Shown here: positions 33,031 to 42,877 of the stretch, in pieces
Layout of the letters: every line of letters begins with the position of its first letter
Numbering within the stretch: the first letter of the stretch is position 1
DNA from: an uncultured Pseudomonadota bacterium
GTDB lineage: Bacteria; Oederibacteriota; Muellerivitia; Muellerivitales; Muellerivitaceae
NCBI GenBank assembly: GCA_963836235.1
Contig: CAWIIP010000002.1
Span: forward strand, 139,454 to 203,453
Direction: 5' to 3'
DNA length: 64,000 nt
Notes under the pieces: generated by a model
The model's input: the letters and a program-made list of their open reading frames with translations, nothing else
What the model was told of the DNA's origin: nothing
The model's database searches: none
Translations under genes and position numbers: made by a program

Positions 33031-36000
33031 TTACCGCAGGACCAGCAATTTGAGGATATTCCGGCCCCGGTTGGTTTGCACCACCACATAGTAAAGGCCG
33101 TTGGCCAAGGGCGTTCCCCACTCATCGGCCAAAGGAATGGGCACGCTGACCCCCGGTTGGACATTGTAATAAGTTAAATCCGCTACCTTCCGGAAGGCGG
33201 TCGTGAAGATCTCGATGCTCACGTTCGATTCAAACGTCAACCCCGGATTGAGCTGAGCCACTCCCCCCGTGGAAACGGGGTTGGGATAAAGCACTGGTTT
33301 GGCCGGAGGGGCCGGGGTCCGGGTAGCCGTGGCCGTCGGCGGTGGCGTTAAAGTTTTAGTGGCCGTTGGGGTGGCCGACGCACTGGGGGTATAAGTCGGC
33401 GTGGCGGCGGCGATGGTGACCGTGGCGCCTGGAACGGGCAATCCGGTAAAGAGAAGGGCCTGGCCGTTGCTTCCCGTGGCGTCCGTGGCGCTGAAGGAAT
33501 AGTTCCCCGCCGGTGAAGAGGAGGAGAAGTTCGCGGTGACTTCGTAGGTCACTGCTCCATTGGCCCCCGGAATGGCGCTGTTGAAGCTGAGGGTGGCGTC
33601 CGGCCCGCTGAAGGCGGCGGTGGCGATAAGCGTTCCATTGGCTGATAAATTGATCGATGTGATCCCGGTGGGAGGGGTTCCCGTCTCGGAGAGGGTGATA
33701 CTGGTGAGCGTCACCGGATTGCCGCTGGGATTGTTCACCTGGATCTGTTGGATGGGTACCCCGGAAGCCCCCGGAATTTGGATGGAGTTACCCGGCGGGC
33801 TCAACCCTTGCGAGGCCGAAACCGTCACCGGCGTGGGGCTGAAAGTGGGAGTCACCGACGCCGTTGAAGTGGCGGTTTGAGTTGGCGAAGCCGAAGGCGT
33901 AGCCGTGGCGGTAGCTGTGTTTGCCGGCGTTAGCGTCCGCGTGAGGGTAGGGGTCGCCGTAGTCGAAGCCGTGGCGGTGGAAGTGGGGGTCAAGGTACTG
34001 GTCCTGGTCGGGGTTCCGGTGTTGACCAGCGTCTCGGTAGCCGTGCCCGTAGGAGTACTTGACGGCGTAGCCGTCAATGTATTGGTCGGCGTAACCGTCG
34101 GCGTAGTGGTGGCCGTTGCCGTCGAGGTGCCGGTGGGGCTGTTGGTGGCCGTCCCGGTCGGGGTCAACGAAGAGGTGGTAGTTGGGCTGTTGCTGGCGGT
34201 ATTCGTGGCCGTAACGGTGGCGGTTGAGGTCGGGGTTCCGGTGTTGACCAGCGTCGCGGTAGCCGTGCCCGTAGGAGTACTTGACGGCGTAGCCGTCAAT
34301 GTATTGGCCGGCGTAACCGTCGGCGTATGGGTGGCCGTTGCCGTCGAGGTGCCGGTGGGGCTGTTGGTGGCTGTCCCGGTCGGGGTCAATGGGGAGGTGG
34401 CAGTTGGGCTGTTGCTGGCGGTATTCGTGGTGGTTGCCGTGGCGGTACGGGTTGCGGTGGATGTCGCGGTTAAAGTCGCCGTATTGGGCAGGGTAGTCGT
34501 GGGCGTAGGGCTAAGGGTTGGGGAGAAGGTGGAAGTAGGGCTGTTGCTGGGTGTGTTCGTGGCCGTTTTGGTGGCCGTGCCCGTAGGAGTACTTGATGGC
34601 GTAGCCGTCAATGTATTCGTCGCGGTGCTGGCAGCCGTATTCGTTGGGCTGTTCATCGGGGTATTCGTGGACGTTGGAGTGGGGGTCGAAGTCGATGTAT
34701 TCGTGGGGCTGTTCGTTGCGGTCTTGGTGGGCGTATTGGTCACGGTGGGTGTGGCGGTATTCGTGGCCGTGGGGGTGGCCGTATGGCTGGGTGTGGCGGT
34801 GGGGGTATTCGTGGGAGTGTTGGTCCGGCTAAAGGTGGGGGTGCTGGAGGCGGTGCTGGTCGCCGTACTGGTGGGAGTGCTGGTTTTCGTGGGGGTAACC
34901 GTGGCCGTGGCGGTTTTTGTGGCGGTCGCCGTCGCGGTCGCGGTCGGCGTGGATGTTTTGGTGAAGGACGCCGTGGCGGTGGGGGTCGCCGTGGCGCCGC
35001 TGGAGGAGCAACCTGGATGGGTAAGTCCCTTCAGCCAGCCATAGACCTGTTGGCCTTCATAAGACGTCAGCACCCAGCCGCTGCCGGTGGAAACCGGGGC
35101 GGACAGAGTTGAGGACCAGGCCGAAAGCAGGAGAGGCGTCGCCGAGATATCCATGTCCCAAGCCATGCCCCCATAGACGTAATTCTTGTCGTTTGTGCCG
35201 TTCATGAAGGTAATCACGCTGTTCACGAAAGTGCCGCCGTCGGTGGTATTGGCCGAATTCCCGAATTCCTCGATGAACACCGGGCCGTAGGTGAGGGCCG
35301 TATCGATGTTGGACTCCCAACCCGCCGGGGTGTTGGTGCCCTTGTTGTTGTAGATATGGGCCGAGTAGACGATGCCGTTGCCTCCGGCCTTATCCACCAC
35401 AGGACTCATGCCCACGTAATAATAGGAATACTGCTGGCCGCCGACGATGCAGATGTTTTCGGCGTTGGTGCCGCTGGCCAGGGTGCTGCCGGCGCTGGCG
35501 GTAGTGCCCCGGATGGTGTTCACGATGGACTGAAGGCCGGGCGTGGTAAAGCCCTCGGAGGCCGTGCCTCCGTTTAACCAGACGGTCCAGGAAGTTGTGT
35601 AGGGCTCGTTGAAGGTGTCGAAGAGCACGGAGGGGTTGTTGGCGTAACGGGCGGCGACGCTGGCCCAGAAAACCAGGCTGTTCTCATCAGGCATGGAGTA
35701 TTGCCCGGTGGCCGAGCCCGTGGGCCCGTCGCCGGACCATTGCAGGTCCAGGTCGCAATAGATGTTGTTGGCGTTGCAGTAGGCCACGAGGGAGTCCACG
35801 AAGCTTTGGTATCCCGATTGGCTGGTGGAACCCCTGGAGCTTTGCGCGTTGCCATCCCACCAGTCCTGGTCCAGGGGGATGCGGACGCAATTGACATTCC
35901 AATATTTGACCGCCTCCTGCAGCATTGTCAGGACCCCATTGCCGCCGGCCGGATTGTCCCCTGGCGGTACGTCCCATTCCAAAGAATCCAGATTCACCCC

Positions 36001-36144
36001 GGTCAGGCGCACGGTGCAGCCGCCGCTGGCGGTGACGATTTCGTTTCCGGAAACCTTAAGCAGGGGAGGAGCGGCTTGCGCGGGAGTTGGACCGAAAAAA
36101 GTGGAACCCAAAAGCACAAAAAGCGAAAGAAAGAAAAAGTTCAT
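33031..36144 (-). CDS. Glycoside hydrolase family 5 (cellulase-like) with ~450-aa Thr/Pro/Ala-rich linker and T9SS C-terminal sorting domain
   Basis: Start at [24 protein letters not shown] (signal peptide); GH5 NEP motif ([11 protein letters not shown]); long TPT/TAT low-complexity linker; C-terminus [10 protein letters not shown]...[13 protein letters not shown]...[22 protein letters not shown] matches T9SS/FlgD-Ig-like CTD. The antisense 379-aa VAVAV ORF is spurious. Confidence 0.8.
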   Translation of the reverse strand: MNFFFLSLFVLLGSTFFGPTPAQAAPPLLKVSGNEIVTASGGCTVRLTGVNLDSLEWDVPPGDNPAGGNGVLTMLQEAVKYWNVNCVRIPLDQDWWDGNAQSSRGSTSQSGYQSFVDSLVAYCNANNIYCDLDLQWSGDGPTGSATGQYSMPDENSLVFWASVAARYANNPSVLFDTFNEPYTTSWTVWLNGGTASEGFTTPGLQSIVNTIRGTTASAGSTLASGTNAENICIVGGQQYSYYYVGMSPVVDKAGGNGIVYSAHIYNNKGTNTPAGWESNIDTALTYGPVFIEEFGNSANTTDGGTFVNSVITFMNGTNDKNYVYGGMAWDMDISATPLLLSAWSSTLSAPVSTGSGWVLTSYEGQQVYGWLKGLTHPGCSSSGATATPTATASFTKTSTPTATATATATKTATATVTPTKTSTPTSTATSTASSTPTFSRTNTPTNTPTATPSHTATPTATNTATPTVTNTPTKTATNSPTNTSTSTPTPTSTNTPMNSPTNTAASTATNTLTATPSSTPTGTATKTATNTPSNSPTSTFSPTLSPTPTTTLPNTATLTATSTATRTATATTTNTASNSPTATSPLTPTGTATNSPTGTSTATATHTPTVTPANTLTATPSSTPTGTATATLVNTGTPTSTATVTATNTASNSPTTTSSLTPTGTATNSPTGTSTATATTTPTVTPTNTLTATPSSTPTGTATETLVNTGTPTRTSTLTPTSTATASTTATPTLTRTLTPANTATATATPSASPTQTATSTASVTPTFSPTPVTVSASQGLSPPGNSIQIPGASGVPIQQIQVNNPSGNPVTLTSITLSETGTPPTGITSINLSANGTLIATAAFSGPDATLSFNSAIPGANGAVTYEVTANFSSSSPAGNYSFSATDATGSNGQALLFTGLPVPGATVTIAAATPTYTPSASATPTATKTLTPPPTATATRTPAPPAKPVLYPNPVSTGGVAQLNPGLTFESNVSIEIFTTAFRKVADLTYYNVQPGVSVPIPLADEWGTPLANGLYYVVVQTNRGRNILKLLVLR
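33990..34440. repeat. Intragenic tandem repeat, 2 x 222 bp (74 aa) ~95% identical, plus degenerate further copies, in the Thr-rich linker of the GH5 gene
   Basis: Landmark ccgtcaatgt at 34071 and 34293; ggttccggtgttgaccagcgtc at 34012 and 34234 (period 222). Confidence 0.8.
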
Positions 36145-36900
36145 TTCGCCCCGGGACGTTTTAAGCCGGGAACCAAAGAACGTTTTCGTTTTGAAAAATA
36201 AGTTTTGTGGAGACCTGTTCAAAGTGTCACCCGATACACTGGTTAAACCGGAATTTCCCAGATGACCTTCTCTGAAAACATTGCCGGGTAATTTGTTTCT
36301 CATTATATCGCCCCCCCCCCCCCCGCTTCTTCCATCCGAATCCGGAATTTTCCGTCCTGGGCCACTGAAATAAGCCCCAGGAAAAGGTTTCTGTGCCCAA
36401 AAAAGCTGAAATTGACCTTCTGGAAAGCCAATTCTCGTTGTGAGCGCACACCTATCCTGCGGTAGTCGCTCGGGTTGAAGCCTTGATGCCTTCCTGCGGT
36501 TATCGCAGTACTGGCGCTCGCGGCCTTACCATTGCCAGTAGCCGTATCCGATTGAGGATTTCAGCAAACAGGCGTCGGGAAACCATCACCTCCGCCATCT
36601 GGAAAATAACGTACCGCGAATGACGGATGACATTAGCCCCGATCTTGATGAGTTTTTCCCTCAAGGTCGTTAGCGACCAATGTTTCACCAGTTCTGGCAG
36701 TGCCAGTCGGCGCAGGAAGTTGCCCAGATTGTAGGCCAGGGCGAATAGTTGTAAGCGCACTTGGTTGTCCGCGAAGTCGTGGCAGCTTAGTCTTGTCCAC
36801 TTCATCGCATACTTTCCCTCTTTGATCCACTGCTCAGCCGTGCCTCTTCCGTTGTAGAATTTCACCACCTGGGGTGCCGGTCGTCGCATGTTCGTTACGA
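35985..36900. repeat. Segmental duplication copy A (916 bp): 5' end/upstream region of GH5 gene plus right end of IS1380-family element; identical to 60757..61724 except a 53-nt indel and poly-C length
   Basis: Direct comparison of the two regions; identity starts at aatccagattcacccc and ends at catgttcgttacga. Poly-C tract is C14 here (36311..36324) versus C13 in copy B. Confidence 0.9.
36248..36900 (-). mobile_element. One-ended remnant of IS1380-family element (right inverted repeat + 3' noncoding region + last 129 codons of transposase)
   Basis: Identical to the 3' part of the complete element at 61073..62778. IRR CCGGAATTTCCCAGATGA begins at 36248. Transposase fragment 36500..36889 is a pseudogene. 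Identity stops abruptly at 36900. Confidence 0.85.
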
Positions 36901-37823
36901 AGAAATCCCATTAGTGTTGATTTACCTGTTCCTCTACCTCCGATAATGGCATTTAACCAAGGGTTAAATTTTGCTGTTAGTGGTACTCCATTACCCATGT
37001 ACTTAGCGCTTTTTACCTCAATTTGATCAATTATTATTGGACTGTGGACATTTGGATCGTCCTGGGTATCTGTAGATCGTTTTATCGAATGAATACCATC
37101 AAACAAACCTAGCCGTAAACCCTCCAGACTTGGGTATGTCATTTTCACCCACGTAAATCTTCGATTTATTTCCGAAGGTTTGTGAGAATCCGATCCAATA
37201 ATTTCCGAGAGAACCCTTTTTGAAGAATGATCAGTAAATATTTGTGGTCTTTGGGAACCAATATCTTTAAATTCGACGGCCGTCAAACCTTTTGAACCTA
37301 GAGCCTGTTCTAATGCTTTCCCTGTAAGTTTAAAAAGACCTGCATGGGAATCATCGACATGCGCGGGAATTGGAATTCCACCTGCGGAAACGACTACTTC
37401 TACAACCTTTTCAAATGTTAGATCAGTAACGGCATCAGATTCACCAGCAGTTCCCTTATATCCAACCGCTCCTCTTAAAGCATCCAAATCGGCCGTTGTT
37501 TTGTTTGGGTCCAAAATAACCAATAAATGAATGCCGGGATTTACACTTATTTCCATTCCCGGGAATAAAACTAATGGTTTATAACCCACGGGCTTTTCTT
37601 GATCTAAAACTGCCAAGGCATTTTTTAAAGGATCAACCCAAGCTCCAGAATTGTGGTCTGTAATAACAACACCATCAAAGCCACCACGCATAAAATCAAG
37701 AATCCAATCTCTTGGGGAACGAGCTTTTAAACTTGGATCACCCTTTCCATAGTCAATGGAGGCGGGAGTATGCGTGTGAAAATCGAATTTCCACCAGCGA
37801 GAACCTGGGAATTCTAAACTCAT
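36834..37823 (-). pseudogene. PHP-domain + SMC-like ABC ATPase protein, third gene of type III R-M operon, truncated by the IS remnant just after the Walker A motif
   Basis: N-terminus WWKFDFHTHTPASIDYGKG and later DHNSG, HVDDSH motifs = PHP phosphoesterase fold. C-terminus WLNAIIGGRGTGKSTLMGF = N-terminal Walker A of SMC/RecF/OLD-type ABC ATPases. Authentic sequence ends at 36901; last ~20 codons are read from IS DNA. Start ATG overlaps res stop (TAATG). Confidence 0.7.
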
Positions 37824-40489
37824 TAAGACTCACCAAAAAGTCTGATTAATTGTTTAAATGATTCCGGTTTGTGTTCATCCCACGCTTCTTGCCGTATATA
37901 TAACGGTTGGTAGGTTTTACCGCGTTCGGCTTTGGTAGCGTCTTCGCACCATTGAATAAGACGGCCCCACTTTTCCGGGTCGTCCAAGTCTTCTCTACCC
38001 TTCGTCTCAATGATCCAAACGTTTTTCTGATCCTGTTTTACGATGAAATCTGGGTAGTAGTTAGAAATGAACCCATCGGCGGTTCGGTATTCGATCTTGA
38101 AAAAGGTACTTTGGGAATTCTTAATGAACGAGATTATGTCGTCACAATCGTCAAGGAAGAAAGCAAACTCAAGCTCAAGGTGGCTATCGCCGATGATCTT
38201 ATTAAAAATTGATTTTTTAGGAATCAAATATTCCTGGTTTTTAACCACAAAGGGGCGAGTCTTGCTCAATTTAATGTAATCCTTAACCTCGGTAGCCCCC
38301 TTGTCTTGGACAGTTAGATCATTAATGGCCTTTTTCAGCGTCTCCCTTAAGGTCTTATTTACTTCCGGTTCAGAAAGGTTCCTAAGAGTATTAAAGTCAT
38401 CCAAGGGGACTTTTTGGCCAAAGAGGTACTTTTCAGTGAACTCCATTAGCTTTCCAAAAAGAATGTCTTTTCCGCCCACCAACCGAAGGTCTCGCATTAT
38501 TGAGGTGGTAAAGTAGGAAATGGCGTTCTGAAAATTCGGCTCGGAATCGGTGTCTAATTCGGTAACGTGGCTGATTTCATCCTTGTCGATATCCTTAAAG
38601 ACGATCTGCCTTTTCTCTTCCTCGGTGTACTGCTTTAGGGAAACAGGTTTAAACTTTAGGTTCCCCACTTTGATGTCGTTTAAGTTCTTATATTCCCTAT
38701 AAATCCTGGGCGCTAATACAGGCAGAACAATATCCAAGCTTTCTATGTCTTTTTTGGGATTTTCCCGATCTACTTCAATCACTAAAGGGGATCTAGGGTT
38801 TTTATCCCCCATAGGGGTGTACTCGAACTCAACACCTTCGATCTTGATGGATTCCACAAATTCAATGAATTTAGAGGTCCCGATAACGCTTACTTTTTCT
38901 GATACGTCTTCACCCCGGAACATCCGCCTAAGGCCACGACCTAGCGTTTGTTCAGGTAATATTTTGGATTCGTATTGCCTTAACCCAACAATGGAAACAA
39001 CGTTTTGCACATCCCACCCCTCTTTTAATACCATTACCGAAACGACTGCTTTATAGGGGCTTTCCATGCTGTCAATTTCTCTGCTGGCTTTACGAAGTAT
39101 GTCCAAATCTTCTTTGTTTTTGTTGGTATTGCTTTCGGAGATTTCGCCGTTGTTTTTAGTATGAATAACCAACACCGCGTCTTTTAATTCTTTAAAAGTA
39201 GCTTCCAAATATTCGGCTACTTCATCGCAATTTTTGGTGTCATCGGTCATTATGAAAAGAACCGATTTCTTGTTAAGTTTGATCAATTCATCGTAAACCT
39301 TTTTCCATTCATAAACCCCAAGATGTAAATAATCCCGAAATTGTTCACAGAATTTAGAACTTTTTCTCTCCTGTAATTTTGCCCTAGAAGCCTCATCAGG
39401 GAGAACGGGTGTTTTGACGACTTGTTGGCGAATGGCTTCCACAAGGGGATAATCGCTGATCGTTTGGACAAAGATCCCACCCCCTTCATGTTTTGGTGTG
39501 GCCGTAACGTCAAACTGGGCAGAAAGTTTCCCACCCTTTATCTTCAATTTATTGGAAATTTCCTCGATAGCCTTAAACCCAGCTTGGGTATTGCTGTGAA
39601 TATGATGGGCCTCGTCGTTGAGGATTACTAAATCGGAAACCTCTCGAACGATCTTCCCTAAATCAGCTTGGGAATCGTTCGTTTTGCCGGTTGGTTTAGT
39701 CCCCAGAAAATAATCCTCTGTGTTTTCATCCTCTAAAGAAGGATTAGTCTCATTGAGGTGGATACGGTGGATATTGGTTAAGAAAATGTTCCCAGTATTG
39801 GAAATGTTCCCAATCTCGTCCTGAATATGTAGAGTCACTTGAAAATCACTTCTCCAATCCTGGCCCTCGTAACCATTCTCCGGTAGAACAGGGTCCTCGT
39901 TGAATATCCTAAGACCATCAAAGTCCACCCGAAGCCGATCCAAAACGATGATGTTCGGAGCCGTAATCAAAAAATTGGTGGAAAGATCAGAATCGGGCTC
40001 ATATCGCTTGTGGAAGTAGGACCAGGCCACCAACAAACTCATTACCTTGGTTTTTCCTGCCCCGGTGGCGAGCTTCATGACGTAACGGGTCCAGGTCTCT
40101 TCAAACATCCCCTTGCTTACTTGTTCGGAAGAGTCGTAACGAAGCAAGGAATAAGGATCGTGCGCCTTTTCTATCTCATAAAGCCAAATAGCCGATTCGA
40201 CTGCTTCTCTTTGGGCGAAGTAATATTGAAATTGACGGGGATCCCCATTGGGACCCGGGACGAAATGTTCTGTGTTGAACCAATAATTCAGGAGGGTCCT
40301 GGTCGTATGGCACGCACCTTCATAACCCCGTTTTCGCCAACTTTTCACACCTTCCCTAATCTTATGAACAAGAGGGGGTAAAAGAAGGGTAAAAGTATCG
40401 CCAAGGACAGTCTGTTCTCCTGGATACCAACGAATTGCAGGATCGAGAATGACATGGGGATCGCGAGGGAAATCAGGTGAAAGGGGCAT
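37823..40489 (-). CDS. res: Type III restriction-modification system restriction subunit (Res), SF2 helicase-nuclease
   Basis: 888 aa; Walker A KLATGAGKTKV, DEAH box (ILNDEAHHIHS), helicase C-terminal motifs, then endonuclease region. Start overlaps mod stop (TAATG). Confidence 0.85.
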   Translation of the reverse strand: MPLSPDFPRDPHVILDPAIRWYPGEQTVLGDTFTLLLPPLVHKIREGVKSWRKRGYEGACHTTRTLLNYWFNTEHFVPGPNGDPRQFQYYFAQREAVESAIWLYEIEKAHDPYSLLRYDSSEQVSKGMFEETWTRYVMKLATGAGKTKVMSLLVAWSYFHKRYEPDSDLSTNFLITAPNIIVLDRLRVDFDGLRIFNEDPVLPENGYEGQDWRSDFQVTLHIQDEIGNISNTGNIFLTNIHRIHLNETNPSLEDENTEDYFLGTKPTGKTNDSQADLGKIVREVSDLVILNDEAHHIHSNTQAGFKAIEEISNKLKIKGGKLSAQFDVTATPKHEGGGIFVQTISDYPLVEAIRQQVVKTPVLPDEASRAKLQERKSSKFCEQFRDYLHLGVYEWKKVYDELIKLNKKSVLFIMTDDTKNCDEVAEYLEATFKELKDAVLVIHTKNNGEISESNTNKNKEDLDILRKASREIDSMESPYKAVVSVMVLKEGWDVQNVVSIVGLRQYESKILPEQTLGRGLRRMFRGEDVSEKVSVIGTSKFIEFVESIKIEGVEFEYTPMGDKNPRSPLVIEVDRENPKKDIESLDIVLPVLAPRIYREYKNLNDIKVGNLKFKPVSLKQYTEEEKRQIVFKDIDKDEISHVTELDTDSEPNFQNAISYFTTSIMRDLRLVGGKDILFGKLMEFTEKYLFGQKVPLDDFNTLRNLSEPEVNKTLRETLKKAINDLTVQDKGATEVKDYIKLSKTRPFVVKNQEYLIPKKSIFNKIIGDSHLELEFAFFLDDCDDIISFIKNSQSTFFKIEYRTADGFISNYYPDFIVKQDQKNVWIIETKGREDLDDPEKWGRLIQWCEDATKAERGKTYQPLYIRQEAWDEHKPESFKQLIRLFGES

Positions 40490-42672
40490 TAAACTTTCAC
40501 CTCAACTACTTTGGTTGTGTCGTTTCCAAAAATGTCGATCACTTTGACTGCAATTTTATATTTACCCTTAGAAGGATACTCGTACTCGGCGCTTTCCATC
40601 TCGAGGGAGCGATCTTTATCAGTGCGGAAAGTCTGCCATTGGTTCTCAAAAATAAACCCTCCGGTCCAAACATCTCTTTCTTTTCCCTTTTCGTCCACCT
40701 GCTTTATTATCTCCTTACGGCTCTCATAGTCGAAGTCCACGGCCCAATAGTCGATCCAGTCTGTCCATTTCTTTGTGAGCACTTCCCTTTTTACAATGCC
40801 CTTTTTGTCCTTGGTGATCTTCACGACCTGGCCGTTCTCAACGGTTACTTTAGAACCGCCTGGTTTAAGGGATTCGGAAACAGCTTCCACGTCATCCTGG
40901 GTGTAGAAAACACCAAAATTTTTGAGGACAACGGTGGCTTTCATCCCTTTTATTTTGGGCAACACCTCACCATAAGCCGCGTCAAAGAATTTAACCTGAT
41001 TCTTTTCAACAGCACGGCGGTCAAAAACATCTTTAGGAATGTACTTCAGGGACAAGTTAATTCCGTGACGGTTAGCTTCATCTTTATAGGTTTCGATTAG
41101 GCCCATTTCAAATTCAAACCCAAGAACATCAACCTTTGTAAGCTTTAACTTTTTACAGGACTCAATTATTTCCTGAACCTGGCTAATGGTAACAGGTGCA
41201 TCCAAGGGGCCAACGAAAACAGCTACACCGCCTCTTTTACCATGAAATGGAGCTAGCTGTTGAACACGCTCTCCTTTGTAAGCTTGCAAGATAAGCTTTA
41301 GATAATCCTCCTCCTTCTGAAGGGATTGTTTCTTTCGTTCCTTCTCTGGTAGGTTTGGGTTAATTCCTACAAAGTATTGACGTTCATATTTGCCTAAGTT
41401 GAGAATTTCAAAACTACGATAGGGTTTTGTATCCTTTTTTAGTTCTCGTTGTGCCCCTATAAGGCGTTTACGAGTCGTATGAATTGAGAAACGACCTAGG
41501 TCACACCCGATCCATTTGCGGCCAAGTTTTTCAGCAACTGAAAGAGTCGTCCCGGAACCACAAAAAAAATCAGCAACCAGATCAGTGTCATTTGAGGAGG
41601 CTTTAATAATTCGTTCTAGTAATGTTTCAGGTTTTTGGGTCGCATAATTAGTTCTTTCCTCGGCCATTGAGTTAACTTCTGAAATATCAGTCCAAATATC
41701 ACCCAATGATTCCCCTTTTTCTTCATCTAAATATCTTATTAATCTTTTATTCCCACTTGAGGTTACCCAAATTTTGTTTTGTTTTTCAAACTGTTTAATT
41801 GAATCTTCCGAATAATCTCCCAAATCACAATCACGAAATAATCTTCCTTTTTTATCAGGTCGAAATTTTGTTTTAATAAAATTTTCGTCGTAGGGTTTAT
41901 AAGCACCGTTCCAAGTCCATTTCTCGGACTTGGAATAAAATAGTATAGAGTCAGAATTCCTAGCATATTGGCCAGATGTCGCTTTAGCTCCCCGGACTGG
42001 CTGCCTTCGCCATCTAATTTCATTTCGAAAATTTTCTAACCCAAATAATTCCTGCATTACCAGACGAATTACACTATTCAACCTCCAATCACAATGAACG
42101 TAAATAGAGCCATCGTTTGCCAATAAATCCTTCATTAATTTTACCCGCTCGTACATCATTGATAAATATGAGTCGGCTCCTCTACCCCATGTGTCTCTAT
42201 AGGCCACGTCTTCTATTACACTTGGCTCTTTTTCTAACAGTCCTTTGTCGCCAATCTCTAAGTTAATAGAAAAATCTGATCCAATATCAAAAGGAGGGTC
42301 GATGTAAATGAGTTTCAAACCACCCACTTCATCGATCTCTTGGCGCAAAGGCCCATTTTTTAGAGATGAAAGGACTAGTTTATTGTCACCCCAAATAAGT
42401 TTATTACTCCAACCACTAGCCTGACGGCCGCTTTGGAGATCTAAAGAAAAGAGATCCGCCACCTGGCCAGTTTTTTCTGACCTTGGTTCGTCGATTTGTT
42501 CGATGACTTGGAACGGAAGAACTGCATTCGTGACTTCTTGGGACTTCCCTTGCCACACAAGCTCAACTTCAGGAGCATCGGCAAAGAGAGAAAGGCGGTA
42601 TTTGGGTGGAAGAGGTTCTCCCCGGTCGACCATGGCTTTGATTTGTTCTTTTTCTTGATCGGAAAGGTACAC
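40489..42672 (-). CDS. mod: Type III restriction-modification system methyltransferase (Mod), N6-adenine beta-class, with ~150-aa C-terminal extension
   Basis: 727 aa; motif IV IYIDPPFDIGSDF precedes motif I DFFCGSGTTLSVAEKLGRKWIGCDL (beta-class order typical of Mod). Confidence 0.85.
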   Translation of the reverse strand: MYLSDQEKEQIKAMVDRGEPLPPKYRLSLFADAPEVELVWQGKSQEVTNAVLPFQVIEQIDEPRSEKTGQVADLFSLDLQSGRQASGWSNKLIWGDNKLVLSSLKNGPLRQEIDEVGGLKLIYIDPPFDIGSDFSINLEIGDKGLLEKEPSVIEDVAYRDTWGRGADSYLSMMYERVKLMKDLLANDGSIYVHCDWRLNSVIRLVMQELFGLENFRNEIRWRRQPVRGAKATSGQYARNSDSILFYSKSEKWTWNGAYKPYDENFIKTKFRPDKKGRLFRDCDLGDYSEDSIKQFEKQNKIWVTSSGNKRLIRYLDEEKGESLGDIWTDISEVNSMAEERTNYATQKPETLLERIIKASSNDTDLVADFFCGSGTTLSVAEKLGRKWIGCDLGRFSIHTTRKRLIGAQRELKKDTKPYRSFEILNLGKYERQYFVGINPNLPEKERKKQSLQKEEDYLKLILQAYKGERVQQLAPFHGKRGGVAVFVGPLDAPVTISQVQEIIESCKKLKLTKVDVLGFEFEMGLIETYKDEANRHGINLSLKYIPKDVFDRRAVEKNQVKFFDAAYGEVLPKIKGMKATVVLKNFGVFYTQDDVEAVSESLKPGGSKVTVENGQVVKITKDKKGIVKREVLTKKWTDWIDYWAVDFDYESRKEIIKQVDEKGKERDVWTGGFIFENQWQTFRTDKDRSLEMESAEYEYPSKGKYKIAVKVIDIFGNDTTKVVEVKV

Positions 42673-42877
42673 GAAAACTCCTCAGAGGGTTATTTCTTCT
42701 TGTAAACGTTCAGCCCAATTTTCTCGTCCCGTTCAGGGACGGAGATGTTCCCCTCTTTGGAAGCAACAATGGTTGTCTTTCCGGAAGAAGAAGGCCCAAA
42801 CTCCTTGGACAAGTCCACCTTAATAGTGAGGATGTTCCCTCAACTTTTATTTCGACGTTTTTCATTTTTACCCTCTT

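Noticed and set aside
33905-35044. 379-aa plus-strand ORF (VAVAV/GVGV-rich) and other G/R-rich ORFs at 34611..35112
   Set aside because: Antisense translation of the Thr/Pro/Ala-rich linker of the GH5 gene; extreme low complexity, no start context.
36227-36451. 74-aa ORF and its duplicate 61066..61275, plus 172-aa ORF 60755..61273
   Set aside because: Lie in the IS 3' noncoding region and poly-C tract, or are read-through of the duplicated cellulase fragment into IS DNA; artefacts of the duplication.
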